Source: Geosiphon pyriformis uo1
Taxonomy: Eukaryota > Fungi > Glomeromycota
Length of the DNA: 64,000 bases
NCBI GenBank assembly: GCA_016748015.1
Contig: JAAOMT010000678.1
Span: 538,389 to 602,388, forward strand
Direction: 5' to 3'
Part shown: positions 28,030 to 40,497 of the stretch, piece by piece
How positions within the stretch are numbered: the first letter of the stretch is position 1
Layout: each line of letters opens with the position of its first letter
Made by a program: the position numbers and the translations under genes
The notes under the pieces: model-generated
Seen by the model: the letters and a program-made list of their open reading frames with translations, nothing else
Databases searched by the model: none
Told to the model about the DNA's origin: nothing

Positions 28030-28186
28030 AGCAAATAATAATACTCACTCAAAAAATAATCGTGAAGGTAAAAGAATGTCAACTGAAATGAAAGTTTTTT
28101 TTAGCAATAGTAAGAGTAAAAATATTATTCGCTGTTGGTATTATGTTGGAGGAATTTCTAAAAAACTAAGAAATAAAGAATAATAT

Positions 28187-29002
28187 ATGGCCACAAACAA
28201 AATAAATAAAATTTAAATTTAATAATTGGCCATCACTGCCTAGTAAAATCTCTTAGCTTCCTACCGGGAGCAGTCCGGGAAGCGCTAAGTTATGATGTTA
28301 ATACTCAATGATTTATAGTGGGGCACCGCAAAATAGTTTTCGCCGACCCTTAACAGATTTAAAAATAGCAGAATTTAAAAAAAATTCTCATAGAAACAAT
28401 ATTGGCATTAATAAAGTAGTTGTCAGTAGTCCTTATCTATTGAATTATGGTGGCGTAGTGCATGAGAAGATTTTTCAATGGTAGTAAAATTTTTAAAAAA
28501 AGACATGACACGTGTGGAGGGAATCAATTTAAAAATTATTGTAGTGCACTGAATGCTCAATCACAAAATGTCTTATCACAAGTAGCCAAAGGACTCAATT
28601 CTTCCCTTAAAGAAATTACACGATTTGTATTGCTTTGGAAACAATGTATAGAAGAGTAGTAGAGGTCGGAGGAAGTTTCTAGCAACTCAGATACATAATA
28701 GATAAAGTCGAACAAAAACCAAAAGTAGAGATATGTTGAGATACTTGTCATCTTTATGCACTGGTTATGATATTAAAAACAATTTAGAAGGAGTAATTAA
28801 AGAATTTGAGGGAAAGATTGGTTTAGATAAAATTTTGAGTTATTCATGTTAATGATTCATTTGTTGATTTCAAAATATTAGACATGAAAAAGTTGGTAAA
28901 TTCAATGGCATATTCAAACTACTGGAAACCACTCAGAATAATGAGAGTTATCGCGAAGAAATAAAAATGGTAATAATATTAGATATAAAAATTATGAATT
29001 AA
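28187..29002 (+). pseudogene. nfo: Bacterial endonuclease IV (AP endonuclease family 2) pseudogene
   Basis: LIIGHHC...GAVREALSYDVNT/MIYSGAPQNSFRRPL...NNIGINKVVVSSPYLLN; IALETMYRRVVEVGGSF*QLRYIIDKVEQKPKVEIC(TGA)DTCHLYA; GYDIKNNLEGVIKEFEGKIGLDKI/VIHVNDS..RHEKVG; FNGIFKLLET..YREEIKM. These are Firmicutes/Mollicutes-type Nfo motifs. Confidence 0.92.
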
Positions 29003-30786
29003 GAAAATCAAAAAAATATTTGAAGCAAGAAATGATGGTTTCTTTAACTATAGGTAATAATGGTAATTTTAAAGTAATATTAGAAATATTTTATAGTGCA
29101 AGTGAAGCAAGGCTTCAATGATTTCTTAAAGTTCCTGTGAAAACTAATGGGAAATTTGGGCATTAGGAAGTAGAATGGGGCAAACTCATCATATTTTATA
29201 TAAGATTGAGAACTTTATTTATTCACATCTTTTATTGTTAATAAGTACCAAATATTAAAAACCATATTACTAACACTTTTTGGGTTGAATAAGTATTTAA
29301 ATCTAAATAAAGGTAAAGAATCAAATACAATCAGTGGCAAAATTTGCAATTATCATAAAGCATTTGAGACATGCAATTCTTCTTTTAAGAGAAAATCATA
29401 ATAATGTACTGGTTCCTACTCCTACTCTCTTTCTAACTCAAACTCATATTCCAACTGATTAAATTAAGATGATAATATTAATATATTGGAATAATTGCTG
29501 TAGAAATTCTTGCAATTAGTTTAGAAAATTCAATAATTTTTCAAAAAGGAAGAGAGTTGAGGTTAACTTTCAATCATCAATAGAAGACCGAAGTCTTCCC
29601 TAAGATTGTCCCGAATTATTTTGCTAAAAGGATTGCAATTCCTATCAAAGAAAATTTCCAAGAAAACAAAAAAAATTAGTAAAAGTGAAAGAAACAGAGA
29701 ACCTAATCCTAATTTTGCTTTCAGAACTCAAGAGCTTTTACCAAACGAAACTCTTGAACCATTACTGGCTCAGATTTACTAGTGGATAATCATAATTGGA
29801 AAGCTCTCATTAATAATTGTCCTGATCAAAGATTAACAAGCCAGAATCTCCGCTAACATTTGTGGTAAAAGAAGAGAAAAGACACTTAGGGCTAGCTTAG
29901 TTGGGTTTTAGAAAATGCGGAAAAAGAAAATTAGGACGCCGTAAAAGATATTTTTGTGGAAGTAGAAAAATCATGAGCAAGATGTTTATCATTTACTTAG
30001 TGATAAAATAGACGCTATCATATCTAGTTAGTGTTCAATACAAAAATTTGAAAATTAAAAGTTTATAACAAAGCAATATTAATTAATATTTACAAATATT
30101 AGTTAATAGTTTACCAAAATGCAAAAAATTAACAATTTTTAGCAAGCCCAACTTAACTATATTCAAACTAGACTTTTTTATATTCAAGTAAAATATATTC
30201 TGTAGAAACTTTAAAATTTTCAGTTCATCTTTTTCAAATATTTGTACTATGTTTTTCTATTCAAAAACAATTTTTTTTTACTAAATGCATAATCTTTAAA
30301 TAACTTTAAATTCCTACACAATTTAATTACACTTTTATTTATACAAGTTTTTGCCATTTTTTCTTGGTGCTAAGAGAAAAAAGTAGCCTTTTACCCATTT
30401 TTTAAAATAAAAAAATATGAATCTTTTGTCTTATGTTTTAAAAATTTATTAGCAATAATAAAACATAAAGTAAGAAAAATATCAATAATATTTAAATAAA
30501 ATAAAATTAATTAATTATAGTTAAAAAAAAACTTGATACATATAACAGTAATTAAATTTTTCTTGGAATTATATGATAAAAAGATATTAATCTCAATATT
30601 GATAATTTTTTCACAATTTTTTAAGCCAAAGTTTAAAAATATAAAAAGAAAATTATAACTTTTTTATTATTAGTTTTAATGATGAAACTATAAAACATTA
30701 TATACTTTAGAAAATAGATTCTTTATAAGATCATGTGAAATATTTTTGATTTATTAGTTCAAAGACAGTTTTTATTTTTTGTCTTA

Positions 30787-31728
30787 ATGCAATTACAAAT
30801 AGAAGTGGTAGACCTTCTTTTCTTAATAAAAAAAACTACTAAAATATTACAAAAAACAATTAAGAAGAATCCAAAAAGTACTCTCAAAGAAATTCAAGAA
30901 GATTTCAATAAGAAAAATCTTAAAGTTTCAACAAAAACTATCAGTACTTCCTTACACAAGATTAGTCTTTACTCAAGAATTGCTGCAAAGAAACCATTAT
31001 TAACTCAAATCCAACAAGAAAATCGACTTAATTGGTGTATTAAACGTTCTTTTTGGACAATTAAAAAATGGAATGAAGTTATTTGGAGTGATTAATCAAG
31101 ATTTTGTCTTTTTTCTGATGGACCTCAAAAAGTATGGAGAGAAAAAGGAACAAGATTTAACAAAGAAAATTTATCACCAACTGTAAAGCATGGTGAAGGA
31201 GGAATTATGGTTTGGGGATATTTTTGTGGAACTGGATTAGGTCCTTTAGTTTTAGTAGAAGGCATATTAAATCGGTTTGGATATATTGATCTTTTACAAA
31301 AACATTTATTATCATAGATTAATTATAAATTTTATCATAAACATTATTTATTTCAACAAGATAATGCCCCAATTCATACAGCTAAAGATGTTAAGACTTG
31401 GATGGCTCAAAACATCTCAATTTACTTTCTAAATGGCCACCACAATCACCCGATTTGAATCCAATAGAGCATTTATGGGATTATTTACAAAAACAACTCA
31501 AAAAATGAAATCCGCGCCCCGAAAATAATCACAAATTATTTCTCGCGTTACAAGAAGAATGGCAAACAATTTCACGAAATATCTATATAAATTTGGTTAC
31601 TAGTGTATCTAGACGTATTGAAGAATGTATTAGAAAGGAGGGTAGACCAACTAGTTATTAAGTATTAAATAAAATAAAAAGTTATTAAAGAAATAATAAA
31701 TTGTCCCATGATTTTTTTCCGCCGAGTG
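30787..31728 (+). mobile_element. Tc1/mariner (DD34E-like) transposon relic, 5'-eroded, with right terminal repeat
   Basis: RSGRP; SRIAAKKPLL; WNEVIWSD*SRFCL; TVKHGEGGIMVWG; FQQDNAPIHTAK; WPPQSPDLNPIEHLW; stop at 31659-31661; putative TIR ttgtcccatgatttttttccgccgagtg followed by TA (31729-31730). Left TIR not found. Confidence 0.92.
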
Positions 31729-33146
31729 TATGTCTTTTAATAACCTCTTCAAATTTTGTTTTAAAGCAATTGCTTTACCAAAAATCAAATTAAACTTTTA
31801 GAATATATACATTTTCTAAGATGAAAGCCAATAAATTATAAAAAAATTCCCAATTTTAATTTTTAATCTTAATTTCTAATAATTTTATGTCAAAATACAT
31901 TTAGACAATTTAAAAAATGAAACAATTAGGCATAAGATGATTCAAGATTGTGATCTTGTAAATGGTTTAAAAAACTATGTAAAAACATAAATTCAAAAAA
32001 AGACAAAGTTTAAATTGTCAAAATTTATTTAATTAATTCCCGTCAAATTTATGTTGCCAAAATATTATCAATTATACCATTTTACATCAAAACATGTCCA
32101 CACATCTTGCTAACAATCAAATAGTTAATGTTCAATGAAAATACTAAAATTGCCTGATAATATTCTTTCGCTATTAATGACATCAAAATTTGATTAGCCA
32201 GTTATACCTTAAAAATAAATTCTATTAAAAAATCCAATCATAATCATTTTAATATACGTGTCAAAGAACTATACATAAAATAAATTTTAAACAGATATAT
32301 AATATTGAGTCAAGATAAAATTAAAAGGCCCAAATTTATATAGTCATATTGTGCGAGTAAAATATTAGAAATGCGAAAAATACAAACTTAAAGAAAGCGA
32401 TAAATTCAATTACCTTAGTTTTAGGCTCAAACAAATAGTAAAACTTTGATAGTACATTGTTCACACTTTTTAGACAACAACCAAAACGAAAACCTTCTAG
32501 CGATACATATAAATGCAATAAAATTATAAAAAATTTAAAACTTTTATAAATTTAAATGAAAATTTTGCTCTTGGCAAGATTTTGGCTTTCTTTCTATTAA
32601 TATATATAGTTTAAAAAAACATTCAAAAATAAAACTATTAAAAGATATAATTATAAATTGCTTGTTAATGAGAATTGATAAAAATTTCATATATTAGATA
32701 AATGCAAAAAAATTAATTAATAACATTTATAAATATTTTAATAAATCAAAAATGTAAAAAATAATTTTAAATACGAAATCATTTGATTATGTGATGTTAT
32801 TAATTAATATTAAGATATTTGAAATTACGGTATATATATATCTATTAAATTTTATTTATTTTAAATTAATTTATATATTTAGATCATTTTGTTTAAAAAA
32901 AAAATTTTTAACAATCAAAATTCTTTGGAATTTTAAACAAAGTTATCAAAAAAATTTATATATGACATATTTTGTTTTATTTTTTTGCATTTCAATTTCA
33001 ATTTATAAAAAAAAACCTTAAGTTTTCCAATAACATTTCAAACAATAGTTTTTTTTTAGGATTATTAAAAAGATTAATATCATTTAAAAATCTTATTAAT
33101 CTTTCAAAAGAATTTAATTTATTAATTTAATTTGAATTTTATATTG

Positions 33147-33232
33147 AAAACAACAACAATAACAACAACAACAACAAAAACAACAACAATAATAATAATA
33201 ATAATAATAATATTGTTGTTGTTGTTGTTTTT
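33147..33232. repeat. Compound (CAA)n-(TAA)n-(TTG)n microsatellite, self-complementary
   Basis: aaaaacaacaacaat...attgttgttgttgttgttttt. Confidence 0.85.
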
Positions 33233-34732
33233 AAATTAATTCTGCTAATGAAATTTGAATAAAATAAAACTTATTAAAAAAGAATATTGGTTCAAACTTT
33301 ACAATTAATTTTGGTCATATTATAAATTTGATTTGCCTCATTTTTTAATTTCTGATTTAAAGAAAATTTTTGTTTCAGAATTTTTCACAAATCATTTCAG
33401 ATTCTTCAAGATAATCAGATGTATTGATAGATGTATTGATAAATGGTGTTTAGCTTGCTATAAAAATCTTAAAAGCAATAAGAATTTAAGAATTTGAAAT
33501 TCATTAACGAAATGTTTATAAAATTAGTCAATATTTTCAATATTATTATTTAGAGACTAAATCGAATGATTTCCGAGTTATGAATCTTTTCTTGGCACTC
33601 ATACATTCTAGCTGGTCTATGAATACTTCATTTATGTGTATGCATTCTTCATTTGTGTTGCCTCAATTTGTTTTCACGTGAGAATTAAAAGATGAAATAA
33701 ATTTCAAAAATTTATGTAAACAAGCTGTAAATAGATCTTGCCTGTTAATGAAATCAAAAATTATTAGAAATTCCGAGGGAATTACTCAATCACAATGGTA
33801 ATTATTTTGATTTAATCCATACAGAGATTTTCATAGCAATTAGCGTCATATGAGATCACGAATGATATAAATTTATTAAAAACGTTTCAAATTTAGCCAC
33901 AAAGGCCTAATTCTCAAGCATCTATGAATCTATGAATCTAAATGGAATAAAAATACAAAACTCTTGGTTTTTCTTATTTTCATTATCTGTCAGCAGCGGG
34001 CTAGTTCAATTCTAAGATCAAGGTAAACCTAAAAAATCAATTCAATAAGGTCTTTCAATTTGCTGTGTGGAAATTTCTTGTAGGAAAACGAATGAGCAAA
34101 CAGGTAATCACATCGGTTATGGTACAACAGTAAAAAGATATTCTTTTTGTAGAAGTTCCTATGCTGCATGGATAAAACTAATGTGATATATAACTATTTG
34201 TAACCGTTCCGTTCCACTCCAAAATGAATTCAAAATATTATTAAGGACTCCCATTTCAAAATTCCAAAAGTTCAAACAATTTAATTCAAAGTTTTAATCA
34301 TATGTCGGACTTTTTTTTCCTTTTTTTCTCGAAAAGTAGAGATTTTCCTAAACAATGTGGTACTATTGATCGACTAATTATTATCATCTACTGAATTTAA
34401 TTTTTCCTTTGCCGAATAAATGATGTGACAAGAATGGAAATAAACAAAAGGAAATTTCCTCAGATAAGCCACAATTCTACTCTGTTTTTATGCAAAATAT
34501 TATTCAAAGATAAAAAAATTTTTTGCCACCTTTTTTTACATTTTCGAATTGATTTGAATTGAATTGACATTCCTGATTCTCAAACTTCGAATTCCTTTCA
34601 TTTCTTTATAATGGATTTAAATGAAACTGAAAAATTAATTTCACTTTCAAATACTTTAAAATATCTTTAATAAAAACAGTTTGTTGAATTGGTTTTTAAA
34701 TGTTGTTCCAATTGAAAATGCAAGTAACAACA

Positions 34733-34767
<35 letters not shown>

Positions 34768-35657
34768 CTACTTTTATTAATAATCTTTATTTACTAAATA
34801 AAAAAGTATTTAATATTAAATTTTCAAAAATAAAAGTATTTTTTTGCTTTTAGTTATTCATATAAATATATTACTATACATGTTGGGGGTGGTGGTGTTG
34901 GTAGTGGCGGTAATAGTATAATAATAATAATAGTAGTAGTAGTAGTAGTAGTAATAGTAGTTTTTGGCTAAAAAATAGTTGACTAATCAATTGAAAGAAA
35001 CCTTTTACGATAATTCTTAATTGGTAGAAAAATGTATATCAAAATTAGCCAATTTATTTTCCTTATAAAATAATAAAACTTTTTCATTATACCTGCATTC
35101 TATAAAATTGCCTGATTTATTTTGGTTCAAATGCAAAAAAATGTGAATTAAGAAATTTTTCTATGTGATTCAACCGATTATATATGGTTCGATTCTTAGT
35201 ATTGTTTGTCTACATTCTCAAAGGCATTGTACCTTACCATTTTGATTTTCTAATTCAATTATTTTTGAAAAATATATTAAATTTCAATCAATTTAATATT
35301 TAGACATGCCAAGCTCTCATCTTTATAACGCCACAAAATGGTTTGAGTGATACAGGCATACAAGTTAGGAAAAATTCAAAAAAATAAAATTTGATCCAAT
35401 AAGGTATGCATCTGTGTGACATCGGGTCATAAAGTTTAAAATCATTCAATTTTGACCAAGGAATTGTTATTTTGAAAGTTATTTATCTTATTGCATTGTT
35501 TCACAATTATCCTAATCAAGTAAAAAAGTTTCAGATGAATTAAAATGGTTGAAATGGGTCACATCAGCTTTTCATACTGTACACGCAAGAAGAAAATCCT
35601 TCGATCTTTCCTTTCCTCTTCTCATTTTGATTCACTCATAATAATGATATCATTATT

Positions 35658-35740
35658 ATTAGTAATAGTAATAATAGTAGTAATAGTAGTAGTAATAGTA
35701 GTAATAATAGTAATAATAGTAGTAATAATAGTATTATTAA

Positions 35741-35796
<56 letters not shown>

Positions 35797-35823
35797 ATAG
35801 TAGTAGTAATAAGTAGTAGTAGT
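35658..35823. repeat. (TAG/TAA)n microsatellite
   Basis: Directly visible; explains the poly-V and poly-Y ORFs. Confidence 0.95.
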
Positions 35824-37431
35824 TATATATTTACCAAGTTTGAAAAGATTCACAATTTCTTCCATAAAAGTTAACAACATAAATGCAAAAATAATTGTTT
35901 GAAATATTATAAATGATGTCATTAATTTAACTATTTACAATAAACGCCCTAAATTGTTTTTCATTTAATTTTAAGATATAGTCTATTTATTCTTTCATTA
36001 TCTACTTGACCACCCACCCATCTACTCATACTTCCTTGGCATAAAACTTTTTTTGAAACACAAAGCATGCAGTAACAAATTTTTTGGGTAGTTAGAAATA
36101 AACTAGAAATTTTTTTTTCAAAGCCTGCCCAAACTGTCAAGCATTTGAAGAAACTTTTCATCTCTCTATTTTTTAAGCTTTGCTTCTCGATATTTAATGA
36201 TGAATCAATTTGAATGAATGAAAAAAACAAGAGAATCCGTAAATTTTTTTAGTGTCCTGTTCAGGGACTGTAGCGTGTGGAACTCATGACAATTGGCGTC
36301 GAATATTCTGAATACTTTTATTTAATGTATTTAAAACTTTCTTCCTCCTGAATACTCCTCAACCTTCCATCAAGCACGAATCATAATGATCCCTATAAAT
36401 AATTGACTGGAAACACATTTTCGGACAAGAATTCTTTAATCTAACAAGAGATAATCGTTGTCATTTGCATTGTTCGCAGTAAAGTTGATTTAAAAAATCA
36501 GATTAGATTTCTTGAGCTTAAACGAGGAAATCTTGGCGCTTAATGACGCATAGATATAATTGGGTTATTTCTAAAAATTCTTTTTAATATATAAATAAAT
36601 AAAAAATTTATAATTTTTATTTGAAATATTAATTTATATTGAACAAATTACCAAATTATCAAATTATCAAAATTAATTAAATATTCAGAACTCTAAAATT
36701 TTCTTAAACAAATAAAGAAGTTCATATTTATTCCGCAATATATAAAATATTAATATCACTACCAAATTTCCCGATTTATAATAGATAATATTCAAAAATC
36801 TTGGAAGAGTTAATATTTAGCCCTTAATCTTTTGGTATTTTCATTTGTAACTAAAATAAGAAATAGCCCCTTTTCAAAAAAAAATAAAAAAAATATATTT
36901 TTTCTTTGGCAAAAATTATTCCAAGAATTAAGTTGAGATTCAAAAAAGGATCTATATAAATAAACGTCCATAAACAATGAAAATTCAGATCTACATTGCT
37001 ACACACACATGTATATGCTATATATAAATATATAGGCCCAAAAAAACGGATTGTCATAATTTGGGGCGATTTCAGAATTCCTAAGAGAATATTTAATGCG
37101 AATCGACCGAAAAAATCATTGTCAAAAAAATTAGTTATTGACTCAGGTTACAGTTTGGGAAACCTCTAGAAATCAGAGAATTTCTCAGAAAAAGACAAAA
37201 TTCTATCTTCGGGTTAGTAGCTACGATCATTTTTATTAAGTTGAATACTAAAGTTATCTATAATATATCAACACATAATTTAAGGTATTCCATTATTATC
37301 ACATCAAGAACTAAATTTCTATCAATTTTGATCTTATCAACGATGATATCTCTTGATCAGTAAACTCAAAAAAATTAGTCGTTAGAATTAAATAGTCAAT
37401 AAGTGATAATTTCTTATCAGTAAGTGTAAAT

Positions 37432-37531
37432 TATACATGGGCAGTAGGCACCAAAAGTAAAACGCCCGATTTACATTTATAACAATAAAAAATCGGGTGT
37501 TACTTTTGTTGTTGCCTAATGTACATGTATA
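37432..37531. repeat. ~100-bp imperfect palindrome (MITE-like or hairpin RNA)
   Basis: tatacatg..taggca.caaaagtaa..cgcccgattt-loop-aaatcgggtgttacttttg...tgccta..catgtata. Confidence 0.75.
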
Positions 37532-40318
37532 TAGTAATCGTGAGCCGCGCAAATTAAGAAAACTACTACACTACACTACACTACATTAAGGACGGTTAAC
37601 GGATAATTTGTATCCGACAAGCCTTAGCAAGTCAAAGCTCCAATATTGACTACATTAGTAAAATCATTCATGCCCATAAAACATTTGTGACTAAAAGTCC
37701 ACAAAAAAAACCGTATCCAGAGAAGCAAAAAATTTCCCATCTTTAGCCTTATGCATATCCATCAAAACAGAATCGTCCTCTTTCAACAGCTCCCTCAGTT
37801 CCATATACCACGCCTAATTTGCAGTCTACCAGAACAGGATCTTTAAAAGCAAGGCAATTGCCTCATCAAACAATCACTTCGGCGGCCGAAGATGAATAAG
37901 AGAAACCTGGTAATGTAGAGTCTGCGCTACTTTGAACCTACCTATTCAGGTCTTCAAAGATTTTTGATCTGCGCCTGCTCATTAATAAATATTCATTTTT
38001 TAAATTACGTAATCCTCTGACGATATTTCAGAACATCATCAATCTATAACCTGGAAATTTTATGTCTGAATTAGACGCTTTTTCAGCAAATTTTACCTCA
38101 TTATTATTTATTATTTAATTGGGTAGCGTCAGCACAAATGATTAATAATTTTTATTGAAAGGCTACAAAATGGGTTTTGTTTTTGATAAGGATAATTTTG
38201 GTGTTTTACAATCAATAAAATAACTATTATGCAATCTAATGAACTCCGAATATAAGCTGAACTCTTTAATTATTACAATGAAACGGGTTTCCTATATTTT
38301 AAAATCTAAAGCTATTTATTCTGAAAGCTTGAAAGTTGCCTATCTTTATTTTTTCTTGACTTCATAAAACCCCTAATTAGTTTCACCTAATTTTTTGATA
38401 AAGATATACCTTGCAATACCCCAATTGTGATCTTTAGTTTACTTGAAGTTTTTAAAAAAGAAATTCACATTTTATCATAACATTTACCCTGATTCAACTA
38501 AAATTATTTTTAATTGTTCTGTCTAGAGGACGTTTCAATTTCTTCAAGAAAAAGCAATCATCAATTCTTTCGTATGTCCGATCTAAAATTTATCATGCGA
38601 GAAATGATCATTTGATGATATTTTTAATCATTTACAGCTTTTAAAAATCCGAAAGATATCCAAAGAAACTTCTTTTTCTATAATAATAATAATAATCCAA
38701 TCCTTTTTTTCTTTCTTCAAAAAAGTCATCTTATCAAATGAAATTGTAAAAAGGGTAAAATAAAAACAAAAAGTTTTTGGAAACCTCTTTGATCATCATC
38801 ATCATCATCATCATCATCAAATACACACACTAAAGAATTCCCCATGACACAGATGTATATCAACTTCTGACCCTCGGAATATTATGTAACATTAGAGGAA
38901 GTGATTGTACTTTTTTTTTGAAAAAGTTAAATCATTTATTACATCGATGGACTTGAAAATCTTTGATTTTCGCACAAATTTTATTTATAGATTAATAATA
39001 AACTAAAAATAAATTTGATAATTATGTAGAATTCCAAGAAAAATCAAAAAAAATCACTGATCAATCAATCATTTAATCATTTCTTTGAAATCATATCAAA
39101 AGAAGGAACTATTTTGATTCCATTGATTTCTCGTTTTTTTTTTTTAGAATTCTATGTTAATTTCTTGCAAATTTTTTTTTTTTAAATTTTTACCAAAAAA
39201 AATTTAAACCATTTAAAAAAATGTAGAAATATGATTCGTTCTACTGGTTCTACTAGAAATTAAAGAAAATCAATTTTTCCGCCGAATGTTTCGAAATTTA
39301 CTTTTTCATAAAGAAAAATATTATTTTATGATAGTTCCAAATATATATGATATTTATAATAATTAAATTAAATCAAATCAAATTAAATCAAATCTTTTGA
39401 AACATGAGATTTTCATTTTATCTTATTTATATTTGTAAAAATCAGGTGAAATAAATACTAAAGAGTCTTGTTTCCTGTATAATATTTTATTATAAATTAT
39501 GTTTATTGATTTATTGATTTGTTCATTTCTGTCGAGCTCCCTGTATATCACGCATGCAGAAATTTTTTGAAAAAAAATGCTATTGTATCATTTGTTTGAC
39601 ATTTTCAGCCAAGAGAAATATAAAAAATACAATGGTTTTTTTATTTTTAAATTCAATTTATTTTTCAAATAACCCTTAGATTAAATATTCAATCATTCTA
39701 CTAAAAGAAAATCTAGCCTAATTCCATTTTTAACGAAAACATTCTTCTTTCTTATACTTGAACATTATAAATTTATTTCCTTGAAATTAAACTTGGAAAT
39801 TGATCTTATAAAGGGTAATAATCTGGAAAGTTGATGCCGAGAAAATTTAATTACAAAGTTTAACAAAAGAATATAATTTTAAACTTTTAAACTGGTCAAT
39901 TTTAGACTAACATGTTAAAAAAAAATTTCTTATTATTTTTTAAAATGTCTACTAAAAGGAAGGTTTCTTTTAATTATAGTTTGGACATTCAAAAAAATCT
40001 CGCTAATTTTTCGGTTGCACATTTATGCTATTTGAAGATGCATCTCTTCAGAAATCTTCCAAGATCAAATGGTATTGTTACGCAAAAAATGGAAGCTTTG
40101 ATTTTCGGAAAAGCTAAAAATAGTGATACTTTTTTGAATAGATTGTAAAAGAAATTTAGTTATTTTATATTTACATGGTACAATACCTATTTCTTTCCAC
40201 AGCGATTCATCAATAGTCTCTTTGGCCAAAAATCACAAGTATATGGATGACTTGAAACAAAGTAATCTCTAATCAATCTAACCATAGGTTCCAATTATTG
40301 AAGGCCTAGCTTCATGCC

Positions 40319-40326
40319 TATATAAA
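40319..40326 (+). promoter_or_regulatory. Candidate TATA box of third HMG gene
   Basis: TATATAAA(GG) ~175 bp upstream of the ATG, similar spacing to the second HMG gene. Confidence 0.4.
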
Positions 40327-40497
40327 GGAGACAGTTTTTTCCAAGAAATTTTAATTGCAAAACTGGAAAGTTACTTATCCAAACTTCCCATTATTCTGAG
40401 AATTTGATCAAGGATTCAAAGAAATTTTTCAAAGCAATTTCTTATCAATAAAAATTAAGAGCCTCCAAATAAGTGAACTTTCGATTTTAATAGCAAA

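Noticed and set aside
27357-28751. ORFs 27357-27602, 28462-28659 and 28557-28751 as real proteins
   Set aside because: Partly off-frame or antisense pieces of the pepP and nfo pseudogenes.
35545-35922. Poly-Val 'membrane protein' and poly-Tyr ORFs
   Set aside because: Products of the (TAG)n microsatellite.
39275-39288. tttttccgccga resembling the Tc1 TIR at 31713-31728
   Set aside because: Same orientation, only ~12 bp and no TA boundary; probably chance.
11500-40400. Apparent recurrence of ACAAT/CATTGT and TGTGACA/TGTCACA motifs as autoregulatory sites
   Set aside because: Short AT-rich motifs; enrichment cannot be established without a background model.
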